DNA of 64,000 bases, taken from IMG/VR virus record IMGVR_UViG_3300029822_000005; one strand, given 5' to 3'. Positions 1 through 9,662 of this stretch are shown one piece after another. Under the pieces are notes generated by a model. It searched no databases, was not told where the DNA came from, and saw only the letters and a list, made by a program, of their open reading frames with translations. The number at the start of each line of letters is the position of its first letter. Position 1 is the stretch's first letter. The position numbers were made by a program, and so were the translations under genes. The stretch comes from a virus.

Positions 1-113
1 TCTGAAAAATTATATCCAGGTAGCCCTTCTTTTCTTAATCGATCTATTGTTCTTTCACTACATCTTAAATATTCTGCTAATTCTTTTTTAGTTAAAAATT
101 CTTTTTCATTCAT
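1..113 (-). CDS. Excisionase-like / MerR-type HTH DNA-binding protein (partial, runs off the window)
   Basis: Manual translation MNEKEFLTKKELAEYLRCSERTIDRLRKEGLPGYNFS; SD (AAAGGAG on minus strand) at about 123-129. Confidence 0.7.
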   Translation of the reverse strand, partial: MNEKEFLTKKELAEYLRCSERTIDRLRKEGLPGYNFS

Positions 114-147
114 AGTTAAAATCTCCTTTGATTTACCCTACAGTTTG

Positions 148-176
148 ATTATAGGGCATAATTATCCAATTGTCAA
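148..176 (-). promoter_or_regulatory. Sigma-A promoter for the HTH gene
   Basis: Minus strand TTGACA(176-171)-17 nt-TATAAT(153-148); near-palindrome GGCATAATTATCC in the spacer. Confidence 0.75.
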
Positions 177-386
177 GTCATATGATGAAATTATTTTGAC
201 TTCTTTCAATTTCTTTTGACATTTCTATAATAACCCAAATTTGTAACGTTGTCAATTAACTTTTTAAACTTTTGTTTAATTTATTACACAATTCAAAATG
301 TTTTGTATATAATATTACACAAATAATGTTAATGCACTTGTTTTGTGTAATATATTGAACTATAATATAAAGTAGAGGTGTTTTAT

Positions 387-461
387 ATGCGTGAAACAAT
401 ACTGCTGATAGTTGTAATTATAGTTTTAATTGTTACTTATATATGTTGGAAATATAACTAA
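387..461 (+). CDS. 24-aa hydrophobic peptide
   Basis: MRETILLIVVIIVLIVTYICWKYN; AGAGGTG SD; TATAAT just upstream. Confidence 0.55.
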   Translation: MRETILLIVVIIVLIVTYICWKYN

Positions 462-477
462 AGGAGGTGTGTTTATT

Positions 478-642
478 ATGATACGTGCCGAAGTTATACC
501 GTATAATAAATTAGACGAACAATTGGAAATTGCATTGAGTTTAAGACAGAAACGCCAAAAGAAACAAATTAAACATTATCACGATCTCGGAAACTGCTTT
601 TTAGTTTACTTGTATAAACCGGACGATAAAATCAGATGGTGA
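478..642 (+). CDS. Hypothetical protein
   Basis: AGGAGG SD before ATG 478, in frame with track ORF 430..642. Confidence 0.6.
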   Translation: MIRAEVIPYNKLDEQLEIALSLRQKRQKKQIKHYHDLGNCFLVYLYKPDDKIRW

Positions 643-890
643 AAATGCGTACATGGCTAGATTGGAATATGGAAGAAGAACCATATTCAGATGAAGAAAA
701 AAATTTAGTAATAGATGAACTTACTAAAGGACTATTTCTTGGAGAGATAAAGAGAAGGATTACTAAAAAAGAACTAAAGGAATGGTTTGCAAATATTGCA
801 ATGAACCATTTTGGAGAGTATTGCCCGAATATTACAGGAAGTGACTTGGTAGAGATAGCGAGGGAATTTGGAATGGAGGTGCAAGGGTGA
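636..890 (+). CDS. Hypothetical phage protein
   Basis: ORF overlapping upstream stop, operon-like packing. Confidence 0.6.
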   Translation: MVKMRTWLDWNMEEEPYSDEEKNLVIDELTKGLFLGEIKRRITKKELKEWFANIAMNHFGEYCPNITGSDLVEIAREFGMEVQG

Positions 891-1244
891 AAAAGATAGT
901 TTCAATTGATATGATAAGCCATAGAGATCCGGGCGAATTTTATGAACATTTAAAGAGAATAATAGGATACTTGCAAAATTCTGATGAAGAAGTTGAAGTT
1001 CAATATTCTAATAGCCCTGATGGATTATATTTGGCTTTAATACTTGGAAGAAAAGAAACAATTTAAAAATAATATATTTATCAGGAGGTTGAAAAGTGAA
1101 ATATTTAGCTATATACACATTAATTTTTACTATAATTTCTATGCTTTTAAATATATTAACTCAGGAAAAAGGATGGAATTTATTAGGAATATTATCGCAG
1201 TTACCTATACTTGTGTTTTTCTTATATTACTTGGGGGTGATCTG

Positions 1245-1403
1245 ATGAAGTTTTTAGCGTGTTATACAGTGTTTATTTGCAGTCTTATGTCCACATCAAC
1301 AGTACTGTTTAGGAAAGAACTACCTATAAAAGAAAAAGTCATAGACTTAATCGCTTATGTTCCTATGCTTATATTCGGACTGGTTTATATAGCATTAAAT
1401 TGA
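1245..1403 (+). CDS. Small membrane protein
   Basis: GGGGGTG SD before ATG 1245; two hydrophobic segments. Confidence 0.5.
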   Translation: MKFLACYTVFICSLMSTSTVLFRKELPIKEKVIDLIAYVPMLIFGLVYIALN

Positions 1404-1411
1404 GGTGAAAA

Positions 1412-1564
1412 ATGAAAGGATTCTTTAAAGCTCTTGTATTTTATGTAGCAATTCTATATTCACAAACATTAGTAATTCAAGGTAAAGAGACACTAAGTTT
1501 TGGTATTGCACTCGTTAGTGTACTCATATTAGGAAAATGTTTAGAAAAGAGGTGTGATAAATAA
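1412..1564 (+). CDS. Small membrane protein (50 aa)
   Basis: Manual translation MKGFFKALVFYVAILYSQ...GIALVSVLILGK; GAGGTG SD. Confidence 0.5.
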   Translation: MKGFFKALVFYVAILYSQTLVIQGKETLSFGIALVSVLILGKCLEKRCDK

Positions 1565-2156
1565 ATCTATGGATATAACAAACCATTGTATAAGAAGATA
1601 TGTAGAAAGAATAAAAGGTATAAATAATTCTATAGAAGTTAAAGAATACATAGCTGTAAATCAAGACCAGATAGAAAAAGAAATAAATAAAATGTTTACT
1701 TATGCAGATTTTGTTATAGAAGCCCAAATAGGCGGAGATAAAACAAATAAAAGATTCTACATAAGAGACAACGTTATATTTGTAGTTAATTCAGATGATA
1801 AAGTAATAATTACCTTATATAAGATTGATTTTGGGTTTCCAGAAGCCACTAATAGGAAGATAACCAAGGATTTAATAGAAGAAATACATAATTTAGATGA
1901 ACAATTAGAAGAAAAGAACAAGAGCGTAAGTGAATATGTAGAATCTAAGAAATTGGAGATAGATACCTGGAACAATGAAATAAGTTGTTTAGAGGAAAAA
2001 ATTAAATGCTTAAAAAGAAAGATAAAAGTCAATGAATGTTCTATAGATGAAAGTGTACAAAGTAATAATGTTATCAGGACACAGTTAAAGGATTATGCAA
2101 ATAAGCTTTGTAATTCTATTGAATATAAAATGGATCTGAAAGAGTTGAATAAGTAG
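1554..2156 (+). CDS. Hypothetical protein with C-terminal coiled coil
   Basis: 200-aa ORF; N-terminal ITNHCIRRYVER motif, heptad-rich C-terminus. Confidence 0.65.
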   Translation: MINKSMDITNHCIRRYVERIKGINNSIEVKEYIAVNQDQIEKEINKMFTYADFVIEAQIGGDKTNKRFYIRDNVIFVVNSDDKVIITLYKIDFGFPEATNRKITKDLIEEIHNLDEQLEEKNKSVSEYVESKKLEIDTWNNEISCLEEKIKCLKRKIKVNECSIDESVQSNNVIRTQLKDYANKLCNSIEYKMDLKELNK

Positions 2157-2164
2157 GTGGATAA

Positions 2165-2356
2165 ATGATTACTAGAGATACTTTAAACAAACGAATTTGT
2201 GATGTGGAAAAGGAAGCAACAAATACTCAAACATATAAGGAATTTATAAGAGAAAGTGAAGAAGAGTTTGGATTGCAACATGAAACTGTAGAGTTGTATA
2301 CAAGCGTTGAATTGCAAGAGTATTTAGGTTTTTTGAATAAATTATGGGATAAGTGA
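2165..2356 (+). CDS. Hypothetical acidic protein
   Basis: ORF with AGGTGG SD. Confidence 0.6.
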   Translation: MITRDTLNKRICDVEKEATNTQTYKEFIRESEEEFGLQHETVELYTSVELQEYLGFLNKLWDK

Positions 2357-2404
2357 AAGAGGACAGCTATATTATAGGCAGATACACCAGCCCAGGAGAA
2401 TAAC

Positions 2405-2872
2405 ATGGCTTATTTATGTTTGAAATGCTACAAAGTTATAGAAGAAAGAGCAATAAAAAGGGCCAGAAAGATACCTTATGAGAATAAAATAGGACATTAT
2501 TATGTATGCCCTTATACTAAGTGCCAAGGGGAGGTAGTTTGGATAGATGAACTCATGGTACCTATTATAACTACCCTTAACCAGAAGGGGTATAAAACAA
2601 AACATTCATGCTCTGCTCATTCCTATCAAGAAAACCCTAACTGCTACATATTATTTGAAACATATTGTAAATTACAGCACCTACCCAAAGGATTTAATCA
2701 GGAAGGAAAAATGATAAGAAAAGTATTTAGAGAGCGGGGAACAAGACTATTTAAGGAAATAAGCAATACTGCTATTGAATTATTAGAATATGCGGGTAGA
2801 TTACCTGGGAAAGAAGGGGAAAATGAAACTGGTCAAAAAGATAAACAAAAAACTTATGAAACAAATAGCTAA
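2405..2872 (+). CDS. Cys/His-rich putative zinc-binding protein
   Basis: CLKC, CPYTKC and HSCSAH motifs. Confidence 0.55.
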   Translation: MAYLCLKCYKVIEERAIKRARKIPYENKIGHYYVCPYTKCQGEVVWIDELMVPIITTLNQKGYKTKHSCSAHSYQENPNCYILFETYCKLQHLPKGFNQEGKMIRKVFRERGTRLFKEISNTAIELLEYAGRLPGKEGENETGQKDKQKTYETNS

Positions 2873-3113
2873 TTTTATATTTAATTTTATAAATTTCATA
2901 ATAGAGTGTTTTATATCAGGTATGTGTATTTCGGTTATTATATCAGGTGGCGTATGTGCTATATTAGAAGATTCCTTTTCGCAAAGAATTAAGTGGTTTC
3001 TGTTGGCTGGTATAGCACTGTATATTTTACTGCAGATGGGAATGTCCATAACAACTAGAAGAAAAGGAACTTGTGGTTTGAAAGGTTATTTAAATAAGGA
3101 GGAAAGTAGATGA
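2823..3113 (+). CDS. Putative two-TM membrane protein
   Basis: GAAGGGG SD before ATG 2823; two hydrophobic segments. Confidence 0.5.
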   Translation: MKLVKKINKKLMKQIANFIFNFINFIIECFISGMCISVIISGGVCAILEDSFSQRIKWFLLAGIALYILLQMGMSITTRRKGTCGLKGYLNKEESR

Positions 3114-4036
3114 AATATAGAAACAAAGTTACAGGTGATGAAATAGAAGCTCTACACATTTATTCAGGTATATGCGGTAGAGATATATTCGAATTTGCCG
3201 GAGGATTAGTAGATACTTTAACGGATAATACTTTTGAAGGTGGATTTGCTACAATAAGTGGACCAGGTTTTGAGATTATAATAATTATGGGCGATTATCT
3301 TATGAAAATTGAAAATAAACTATACATATTGCCAGAGAAAGAATTTGAAGAATGTTTTGAAGCTATTAAAAAGGAAAGCAATGATGTGGAAAGCCAAATA
3401 AAATTTTATGTAAATAAAAATAATGGTAATATAGTTAGAGCTTTTAAAAACTTAAAAAAACAAAAGCATTATTATTCTGATCCTATTTTGGAATTAGGCA
3501 GAGGGCTAATAATGAGCTACAGCTCGTTAGACACAGTCACTAAAATACAATTTAAGAACGATACAGGTATAGGCAATATAAAACCTAATGATTACATAAT
3601 AAGAGAAGAAAACAATATATATGTACTACCTCAAGAAGTGTTTGAAACTTATTTTGAACCTGCTAAGGAAAAGAACATATTTAATCCGGTAGACAATGTA
3701 GTTGTATCTGGCGTAGAAATCAATAAAGAACGTACTGTAAAAGATTTAATACTAGATATGATTATAGAGGAAAAGTCAAATTTGGTACAAACTTTAATTT
3801 GGAACTATATTAATAGCAAAATTCAAAATGAAAATCAGAATATTGCAGAGTTTGGAGAATCAGAAACATCCAGATATTCAGAGTTGGTAGAAACAAGAAA
3901 ATTGATCTCCAATAATTTTTTAGATAGAGCAGAAACAGATTTATTTAAAGTCTTTTGTGCTATCGATATGAAAGGCATTAAACGAGAACTTAAACGTCTT
4001 TTAAGACAGCAAGAAGCAAAAGAAGGTGAAAAATAG
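3110..4036 (+). CDS. Phage protein with two tandem copies of a small domain
   Basis: GDYLMKIENKLYILPEKEFEECFE vs NDYIIREENNIYVLPQEVFETYFE. Confidence 0.6.
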   Translation: MKYRNKVTGDEIEALHIYSGICGRDIFEFAGGLVDTLTDNTFEGGFATISGPGFEIIIIMGDYLMKIENKLYILPEKEFEECFEAIKKESNDVESQIKFYVNKNNGNIVRAFKNLKKQKHYYSDPILELGRGLIMSYSSLDTVTKIQFKNDTGIGNIKPNDYIIREENNIYVLPQEVFETYFEPAKEKNIFNPVDNVVVSGVEINKERTVKDLILDMIIEEKSNLVQTLIWNYINSKIQNENQNIAEFGESETSRYSELVETRKLISNNFLDRAETDLFKVFCAIDMKGIKRELKRLLRQQEAKEGEK

Positions 4037-4251
4037 TGGAGGATAAAAACAAAAAAATAAATGAACAAGCTGAATTTTGTTTAGATATTGCAGAAGGTAA
4101 AATAGCTTTAGAAAAAATGAAAGATACTGCTCCTTTAACTGTAGGCATATTGAAAATAATATATAACGAAGCTGTAAAACAAGGATTTAATGTTAACCAA
4201 GCTTTTGAGTTCGCTACTAAGTATGTAATTGCAGCTAGTTTTAAAATCTAA
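4036..4251 (+). CDS. Hypothetical phage protein
   Basis: ORF coupled to upstream stop. Confidence 0.55.
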   Translation: MEDKNKKINEQAEFCLDIAEGKIALEKMKDTAPLTVGILKIIYNEAVKQGFNVNQAFEFATKYVIAASFKI

Positions 4252-4409
4252 TTCAAGGAAGAAGGAAAATTAATGTTTAAAATAAAAACAGATAAAACTA
4301 AACAAACATATAAGACAGGAAGCTTTTATCAGTATGGGATTCCAACACCTAAAAAGAAGCTTAACAAAGCAATGAGAGAACAAATATTAAAAAAGGGGGA
4401 GTACTAAAA

Positions 4410-4772
4410 ATGAAATTATCAACAATTCAAAAAAGAGAAAAATTAAACGGAGTATTTGTTATAGATGAAGTTGGCTCAGGAGGAGCTAATCATGAATATT
4501 TAATAGTTTCAGATAAGGGATTACAAATTCCTAAAGAAACAAAAATTCAATTTCAAAAGGGCCCAAGAAAAGAAGAAGGCTCAACCCATGGGGTAATTGA
4601 TACTGATCTACTGGAAATAGTAAGACATAGACTACAGTGTTTCCAAGCAGGCCCATTTTCATCAAGGGAAAATGCTTGTGCATTGACACATATTGAAGAA
4701 GCTTTAATGTGGCTGAATAGACGTGTTGAGGATAGAATTGAAAGAAATGTATTAGGTAAAAACGAGAAATAA
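4410..4772 (+). CDS. tad1: Tad1-family anti-Thoeris / anti-CBASS nucleotide-signal sponge
   Basis: [12 protein letters not shown]...[66 protein letters not shown] closely matches Clostridium botulinum prophage Tad1 as I recall it. Confidence 0.9.
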   Translation: MKLSTIQKREKLNGVFVIDEVGSGGANHEYLIVSDKGLQIPKETKIQFQKGPRKEEGSTHGVIDTDLLEIVRHRLQCFQAGPFSSRENACALTHIEEALMWLNRRVEDRIERNVLGKNEK

Positions 4773-4878
4773 ATATAAATTACAGAGTTTACCACTGGTA
4801 GGCTCTTCTTTTATGCAATTCATGCGTAAATTTTCAATATATGGTAATGTGGTAATAACCGAAAGAAGGTGATTCAAT

Positions 4879-6348
4879 TTGGAACATAAGGGTTTTAAAC
4901 TAGAAATTAAAGAAATAAATGATCAAGGCGAATTTAAAGGATTACTTTCAACTTATGATTTTATAGATGATGGTGGAGATAGGGTAACCAAGGGTGCTTT
5001 TAAAAATTGTTTAGGTGATTCAGGACAAAAAAAAATAAAATTATTATGGCAACATGACACTAAATCTCCGATAGGAACCGGAACAATCTCAGATAGCCCA
5101 GATGGATTACTTATAGATGGAAGGTTAAATTTACTTACAACACCTCAAGGATACCCTAAAGTCCCAAAAGCACATGAAGCACATGCTTTGCTAGTAAATA
5201 AGGACCTTGATGAACTAAGCATGGGATATGTGACAAAAAACTTTAAATACAGCGTTGAAAATGGTCAAACTGTGAGAGATTTATTAGATGTAAATGTTAT
5301 GGAAGGCAGTATTGTAACTTTCGCTATGAACTCACAATGTAAAATATCAGAAGCCAAAAATAATTCTGGAGGTGATAATTTGGATACTGAAACAAAAGGT
5401 GCAAGTGGATCAACTACATTACCTGTAGCAGATAAAACTGTTAAATGGGATGGAGCGGCAGCAGAGAAGAATATTTTTGATAAATATACAGACGACAAAG
5501 GCAACGTCAGTGCAGAAGTTAAGAAAGCTTTCTTTTGGGTTGATACATCTAAACCCAATGAAAAAGGTAGTTATAAACTAGGGTTTGCAGATATTGTTGA
5601 CGATAAGTTAACAGCTATTCCAACAGGAATAGAAGCGGCTGCAAATGCTATAAGAGGGGCAAGAAATCCTGTAGATATTCCCGCAGAAGACAAAAAGGCA
5701 ATTGCTAAAAAAATAAATGTATATTTAAAAGCCTTAAAATATACAGAAATAAAAGATGAAGAGATAAAAGAAGATTCCACAGTTTTAGAGCATAAAGAGG
5801 ATACACAACAATTAGAAGGAAAAGCTTTAGGATTTGCTGATTTATTGAAAGTACAACAGGCCAATGAAATGAGATGGCAGTTACAAGATGCTTTGAATAC
5901 TTCTTTTAGACAACTAATGAATGACGATAACATGACTATAGAGGATAAATTAGTTCAACTTGAAAGCAATGTAGATGATTTTGCAGCAGCTTACAAAGAA
6001 GCTATGAAATTAGTATTACAAGCTAGTGCAAATAATAATGTGGCTAAAAAGCAAATTCAAGAAGTACTGGAAATTAAACAAATTGAAATTGAGACTAAGG
6101 CAGGAAAGAAAATAAGTAAGGCTAATACAGATAAGATTAAGAAAGCTATGGACAGTATATCTGATACTTTAACAGCATTAAAAGAAATGGTAGATATGCC
6201 AGAGGACGAAGAAGAAACTGAAGATGACCAAAACGATACAAATAAGCAAAAAAAATCAAATGATGTTACAATGGAGTGGAAAAGTGAGGAAGTCCAAGCT
6301 TTAGAAGCACTTTTCAAGACAATAGAAGAAAATAAGGAGGCGGTCTAA
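4879..6348 (+). CDS. HK97-family prohead protease with long C-terminal extension
   Basis: KLLWQHD..PIG, DELSMGY, EGSIVTFAMN motifs; directly upstream of the capsid gene. Confidence 0.9.
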   Translation: MEHKGFKLEIKEINDQGEFKGLLSTYDFIDDGGDRVTKGAFKNCLGDSGQKKIKLLWQHDTKSPIGTGTISDSPDGLLIDGRLNLLTTPQGYPKVPKAHEAHALLVNKDLDELSMGYVTKNFKYSVENGQTVRDLLDVNVMEGSIVTFAMNSQCKISEAKNNSGGDNLDTETKGASGSTTLPVADKTVKWDGAAAEKNIFDKYTDDKGNVSAEVKKAFFWVDTSKPNEKGSYKLGFADIVDDKLTAIPTGIEAAANAIRGARNPVDIPAEDKKAIAKKINVYLKALKYTEIKDEEIKEDSTVLEHKEDTQQLEGKALGFADLLKVQQANEMRWQLQDALNTSFRQLMNDDNMTIEDKLVQLESNVDDFAAAYKEAMKLVLQASANNNVAKKQIQEVLEIKQIEIETKAGKKISKANTDKIKKAMDSISDTLTALKEMVDMPEDEEETEDDQNDTNKQKKSNDVTMEWKSEEVQALEALFKTIEENKEAV

Positions 6349-7476
6349 ATGGCAGAAAATAAAACCCCTGTTGAAATGATAGAAGAAATAAACAAAGCTT
6401 ATAAGTCATTAAAAGATGAACTAGAAAAGAAAAGCGCAGATCCAGCGGCTATTGAGAAAATTCAATCTAGATTAGATGAATTGGAACTTAAATCACAGAG
6501 AATAAATACTACACCTAAAGCTATAGAAGAAAAGGGAATGACTAAAGAGGAGATAGAATATAAATCTTCTTTCGATAGCTACGCTAGAAAAGGTGTTGTA
6601 GATCAGAATCTTGAAAAAAAGCAGATGGCTAGTGACAGCAATCCAGATGGAGGATATATGGTGCCAAGTGTTATGGCTACCAATATAGTTGAAAGGGTTC
6701 GCCAAATGTCCCCTATAAGACAAATAGCTAATGTAGTAACTATATCTAATGCTGGAGAATATAAAATACCAAGAGAAAATACAGATGACTTTGATTCTGG
6801 TTGGGTAGGAGAAAGACAAGAAAGACCTTTGACTGCTAATGGTACTTTAGAGATGGTTAAAATTCCATTAAATGAGCAGTATGCACAGCCAGCACTTACT
6901 AGAAAGTTAATGATAGACAGTAACTTTAACTGGGAGTCTTATATAAATAGAAAAATAGGTAACAAATTTGCCAGACAAGAAGCTACTGCATTTGTATTAG
7001 GAGATGGCGTTAATAAACCACTAGGATTTTTATTTCAGCCTGATACTAAACAAGGTATAGAAGTAGTAACCAAAACCCTTAACTTTGATGGATTGATGGA
7101 TTTACAAGCAGCATTACTTGAAGAATACTTACCTAATGCAACGTGGTTGCTAAACAGGCTTACTTTAAGAGATGTAAGAAAACTTAAAGATAGCCAGAAT
7201 AGGTATTTATGGGAACCATCTACACAAGTGGGGCATCCAAATACTATCTTAGGATATGAATATAACCTTGCAGCAGATATGCCTACACCTGGAACAAATG
7301 CTTTATCTGTAGCTTTTGGAGATTTTGCACAAGCTTATACTATAGTTGATGGAGCTGGTATGTACGCATTAAGAGATGAATTGACAAGAAAACCTAATAT
7401 ACTTTTCTATACTACTAGAGAAGTTGGCGGCGGTGTAGAAACGCCAGATGCTCTTAAAATTTTAAAACAACAATAG
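6349..7476 (+). CDS. Major capsid protein, HK97 fold
   Basis: Coiled-coil delta domain, DGGYMVP, AFVLGDGVNKPLG, YLWEPS, VAFGDF, REVGGGV motifs. Confidence 0.95.
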   Translation: MAENKTPVEMIEEINKAYKSLKDELEKKSADPAAIEKIQSRLDELELKSQRINTTPKAIEEKGMTKEEIEYKSSFDSYARKGVVDQNLEKKQMASDSNPDGGYMVPSVMATNIVERVRQMSPIRQIANVVTISNAGEYKIPRENTDDFDSGWVGERQERPLTANGTLEMVKIPLNEQYAQPALTRKLMIDSNFNWESYINRKIGNKFARQEATAFVLGDGVNKPLGFLFQPDTKQGIEVVTKTLNFDGLMDLQAALLEEYLPNATWLLNRLTLRDVRKLKDSQNRYLWEPSTQVGHPNTILGYEYNLAADMPTPGTNALSVAFGDFAQAYTIVDGAGMYALRDELTRKPNILFYTTREVGGGVETPDALKILKQQ

Positions 7477-7487
7477 GAGGGATTTAA

Positions 7488-7877
7488 ATGGCAAGCAGAG
7501 ATTTATTTAGCGAAATAGCGCCAAGACCAAGCGTAGCTGCACAAAGCGTAACAGCTACGCTGACAGGAACAGCAGTTGATACTATCACATATGAAAGCGC
7601 AACAGGTGTAATAAATGCTGGGGCAGGACTTACGACAGAAAATAAACTTACGGTTTCTTTGGTAGAAGGAGATGTAAGTGGTACTTTGACAGATGTTGCA
7701 GCAGAAGATTATATAACAGGAGGCCCTTTCGATATTACTGCAGCAGGTGTTTATAAAATAGGCTATAGGGGCGTTAAAAGATATGTAGCAATAAAATTAA
7801 CAGTTGCCGGTACTGTAAATACTCCTGTAAGTGGAAGTATAATCCTAGGACATCCTAGAGTTGGTGCTACAGAATAG
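7488..7877 (+). CDS. Putative head decoration / virion protein
   Basis: Beta-rich 129-aa protein right after capsid; IGYRGVKRYV motif. Confidence 0.5.
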   Translation: MASRDLFSEIAPRPSVAAQSVTATLTGTAVDTITYESATGVINAGAGLTTENKLTVSLVEGDVSGTLTDVAAEDYITGGPFDITAAGVYKIGYRGVKRYVAIKLTVAGTVNTPVSGSIILGHPRVGATE

Positions 7878-7887
7878 GGGTGACAAT

Positions 7888-8118
7888 ATGATTAAGTTAG
7901 TAGCTTTAGAAGATTTTTACGCAGCAGAAGACGGAATACATACAAGACACTATATAAAAGGGGATAAATTCACAGTAACAAGTAAGGAATTTATGGACTT
8001 GTTAATAAAAAAAGGTCATGCAGATGTGCCAAAACTTGAAACTAAAGTTGTAGAACCCAAAGAAACAAAAGCGTCTAAAACACAGGAAGTTAAAGCAGAG
8101 ACGAAACCTAGTAAATAA
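7888..8118 (+). CDS. Small head-module protein
   Basis: GGGGTG SD; followed by hairpin AAACCTAG...CTAGGTTT at about 8104-8128. Confidence 0.5.
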   Translation: MIKLVALEDFYAAEDGIHTRHYIKGDKFTVTSKEFMDLLIKKGHADVPKLETKVVEPKETKASKTQEVKAETKPSK

Positions 8119-8168
8119 GCTAGGTTTTTCTTTTTACCTTAAAATGGAATTAAAGAGAGGTGAAATAG

Positions 8169-8768
8169 ATGGATTTATGTACTTTAGAAGAATTAAAAGA
8201 TTTTATGGTTATAGCAGATACAGCAGAGCCAAGGGATACCAATTTACAAAAGTATATTTCTGGAATAAGTCAACAAATACAAAAACAAATAGGTAGAAAT
8301 ATATTTGCTAAAGATTATGTAGAAAGATACAAAGGAACAGACACAGCAGAATTGATTTTAAAGAATTTTCCAGTGAATACAATTAATTCAGTGGAATATG
8401 TATATGAGAATCAAGTAATAAGAACTTTAGATGATTATGAGTATGATCTAGATGAAGAAGTGGGGGTTTTAACTAAAGATGATGGTTGGCTAATTGAAGG
8501 ATATTCCATTAGATATATGAGCAATAAAATAGATTTCCCTAGAAGACATATAAGGGTGATTTATAATGCTGGATATGTAGAAATACCCCTAGACCTTAAT
8601 CTACTTACGATGCAGTATATAAGCGATTTATACACTATGGATAATAGTAGGGGCGGAACACTAAAAAATTACAAGATAGACGACATAGCTATGGAATATC
8701 GTGACGAGATTAAACTAAATGAAAGTCAAATGAAAATTATAAATTCATATAAAGGAATGAGGTTTTAA
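8169..8768 (+). CDS. Head-tail connector (gp6-like adaptor)
   Basis: DLCTLEELKDF N-terminus, IYNAGYVEIPLDL motif, position. Confidence 0.75.
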   Translation: MDLCTLEELKDFMVIADTAEPRDTNLQKYISGISQQIQKQIGRNIFAKDYVERYKGTDTAELILKNFPVNTINSVEYVYENQVIRTLDDYEYDLDEEVGVLTKDDGWLIEGYSIRYMSNKIDFPRRHIRVIYNAGYVEIPLDLNLLTMQYISDLYTMDNSRGGTLKNYKIDDIAMEYRDEIKLNESQMKIINSYKGMRF

Positions 8769-9274
8769 TGCCAGTTAAAAAGATAGTAAAACAAGATAAC
8801 ATACCAAGACTAAAGAGTATTTTATCTGAATTAAAGAGTAAAAAAATACAAGTTGGAATTTTTGGAGATGATCCACATGTGTTGTTATATGCTGGCGTAA
8901 ATGAGTTTGGATGTAATATAACAATTACCCCTAAAATGAGGGTGTGGTTACACGCTAATGGGCTTCATGTAAAGGATAGCACAACAGATATACATATACC
9001 AGAAAGAAGCTTTATAAGAAAGACAGCAAACGAAAAAGAAGATGAAATATCTGCATTGCTAAAAACAAACCTAGATTTGCTTCTAACTTTCAGAATGGAC
9101 ATTACTACTTTTTTCAATAAATTAGGTGAAAAATTAGTGGAGATTACAAAACAAACTGTACAGGATACATATTCTCCTGAAAACCATCCATTTACCCTTC
9201 AAAGAAAAGAAGGAACGCACCCACTGATAGATTCTTCAACTATGCTTAACTCTATAACTTTTAAGATTGTTTAA
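8768..9274 (+). CDS. Neck / tail-completion protein (HK97 gp10-like)
   Basis: YAGVNEFG...IPERSFIR...PLIDS motifs; position. Confidence 0.6.
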   Translation: MPVKKIVKQDNIPRLKSILSELKSKKIQVGIFGDDPHVLLYAGVNEFGCNITITPKMRVWLHANGLHVKDSTTDIHIPERSFIRKTANEKEDEISALLKTNLDLLLTFRMDITTFFNKLGEKLVEITKQTVQDTYSPENHPFTLQRKEGTHPLIDSSTMLNSITFKIV

Positions 9275-9287
9275 AGGAAGTGATTTA

Positions 9288-9662
9288 ATGAGTACTATAT
9301 CTCCAGATGATTTAATTTTAGATGAATTTAAAAAGGATTTAGTAGCAGTTATAGAGACAAGTGTATTAGATAGAAGCACTGGAGAGTGGATAAAAACTTC
9401 TGAAGATGTTAATTTTGTTGGGGCAATTTTGCCAACTACTCTTAGGGACTTAAGCCAGCTACAAATACTTTCGGGCGGGCAAGTATCTGTAGATATAAAA
9501 AAACTATACACTGAATATCCTTCTACATTTAAAAATGAAACTGTTATAAAAGATGGGGATATTAAATATCAAATATACACTATTAAGGACTATGGTATAG
9601 CAAGTAATCTAAGACGTTATTACATAAAAAGATTAGAACCTGTAAACGGAGGTGGTAGTTAA
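9288..9662 (+). CDS. Head closure protein
   Basis: Size and position in neck module. Confidence 0.5.
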   Translation: MSTISPDDLILDEFKKDLVAVIETSVLDRSTGEWIKTSEDVNFVGAILPTTLRDLSQLQILSGGQVSVDIKKLYTEYPSTFKNETVIKDGDIKYQIYTIKDYGIASNLRRYYIKRLEPVNGGGS

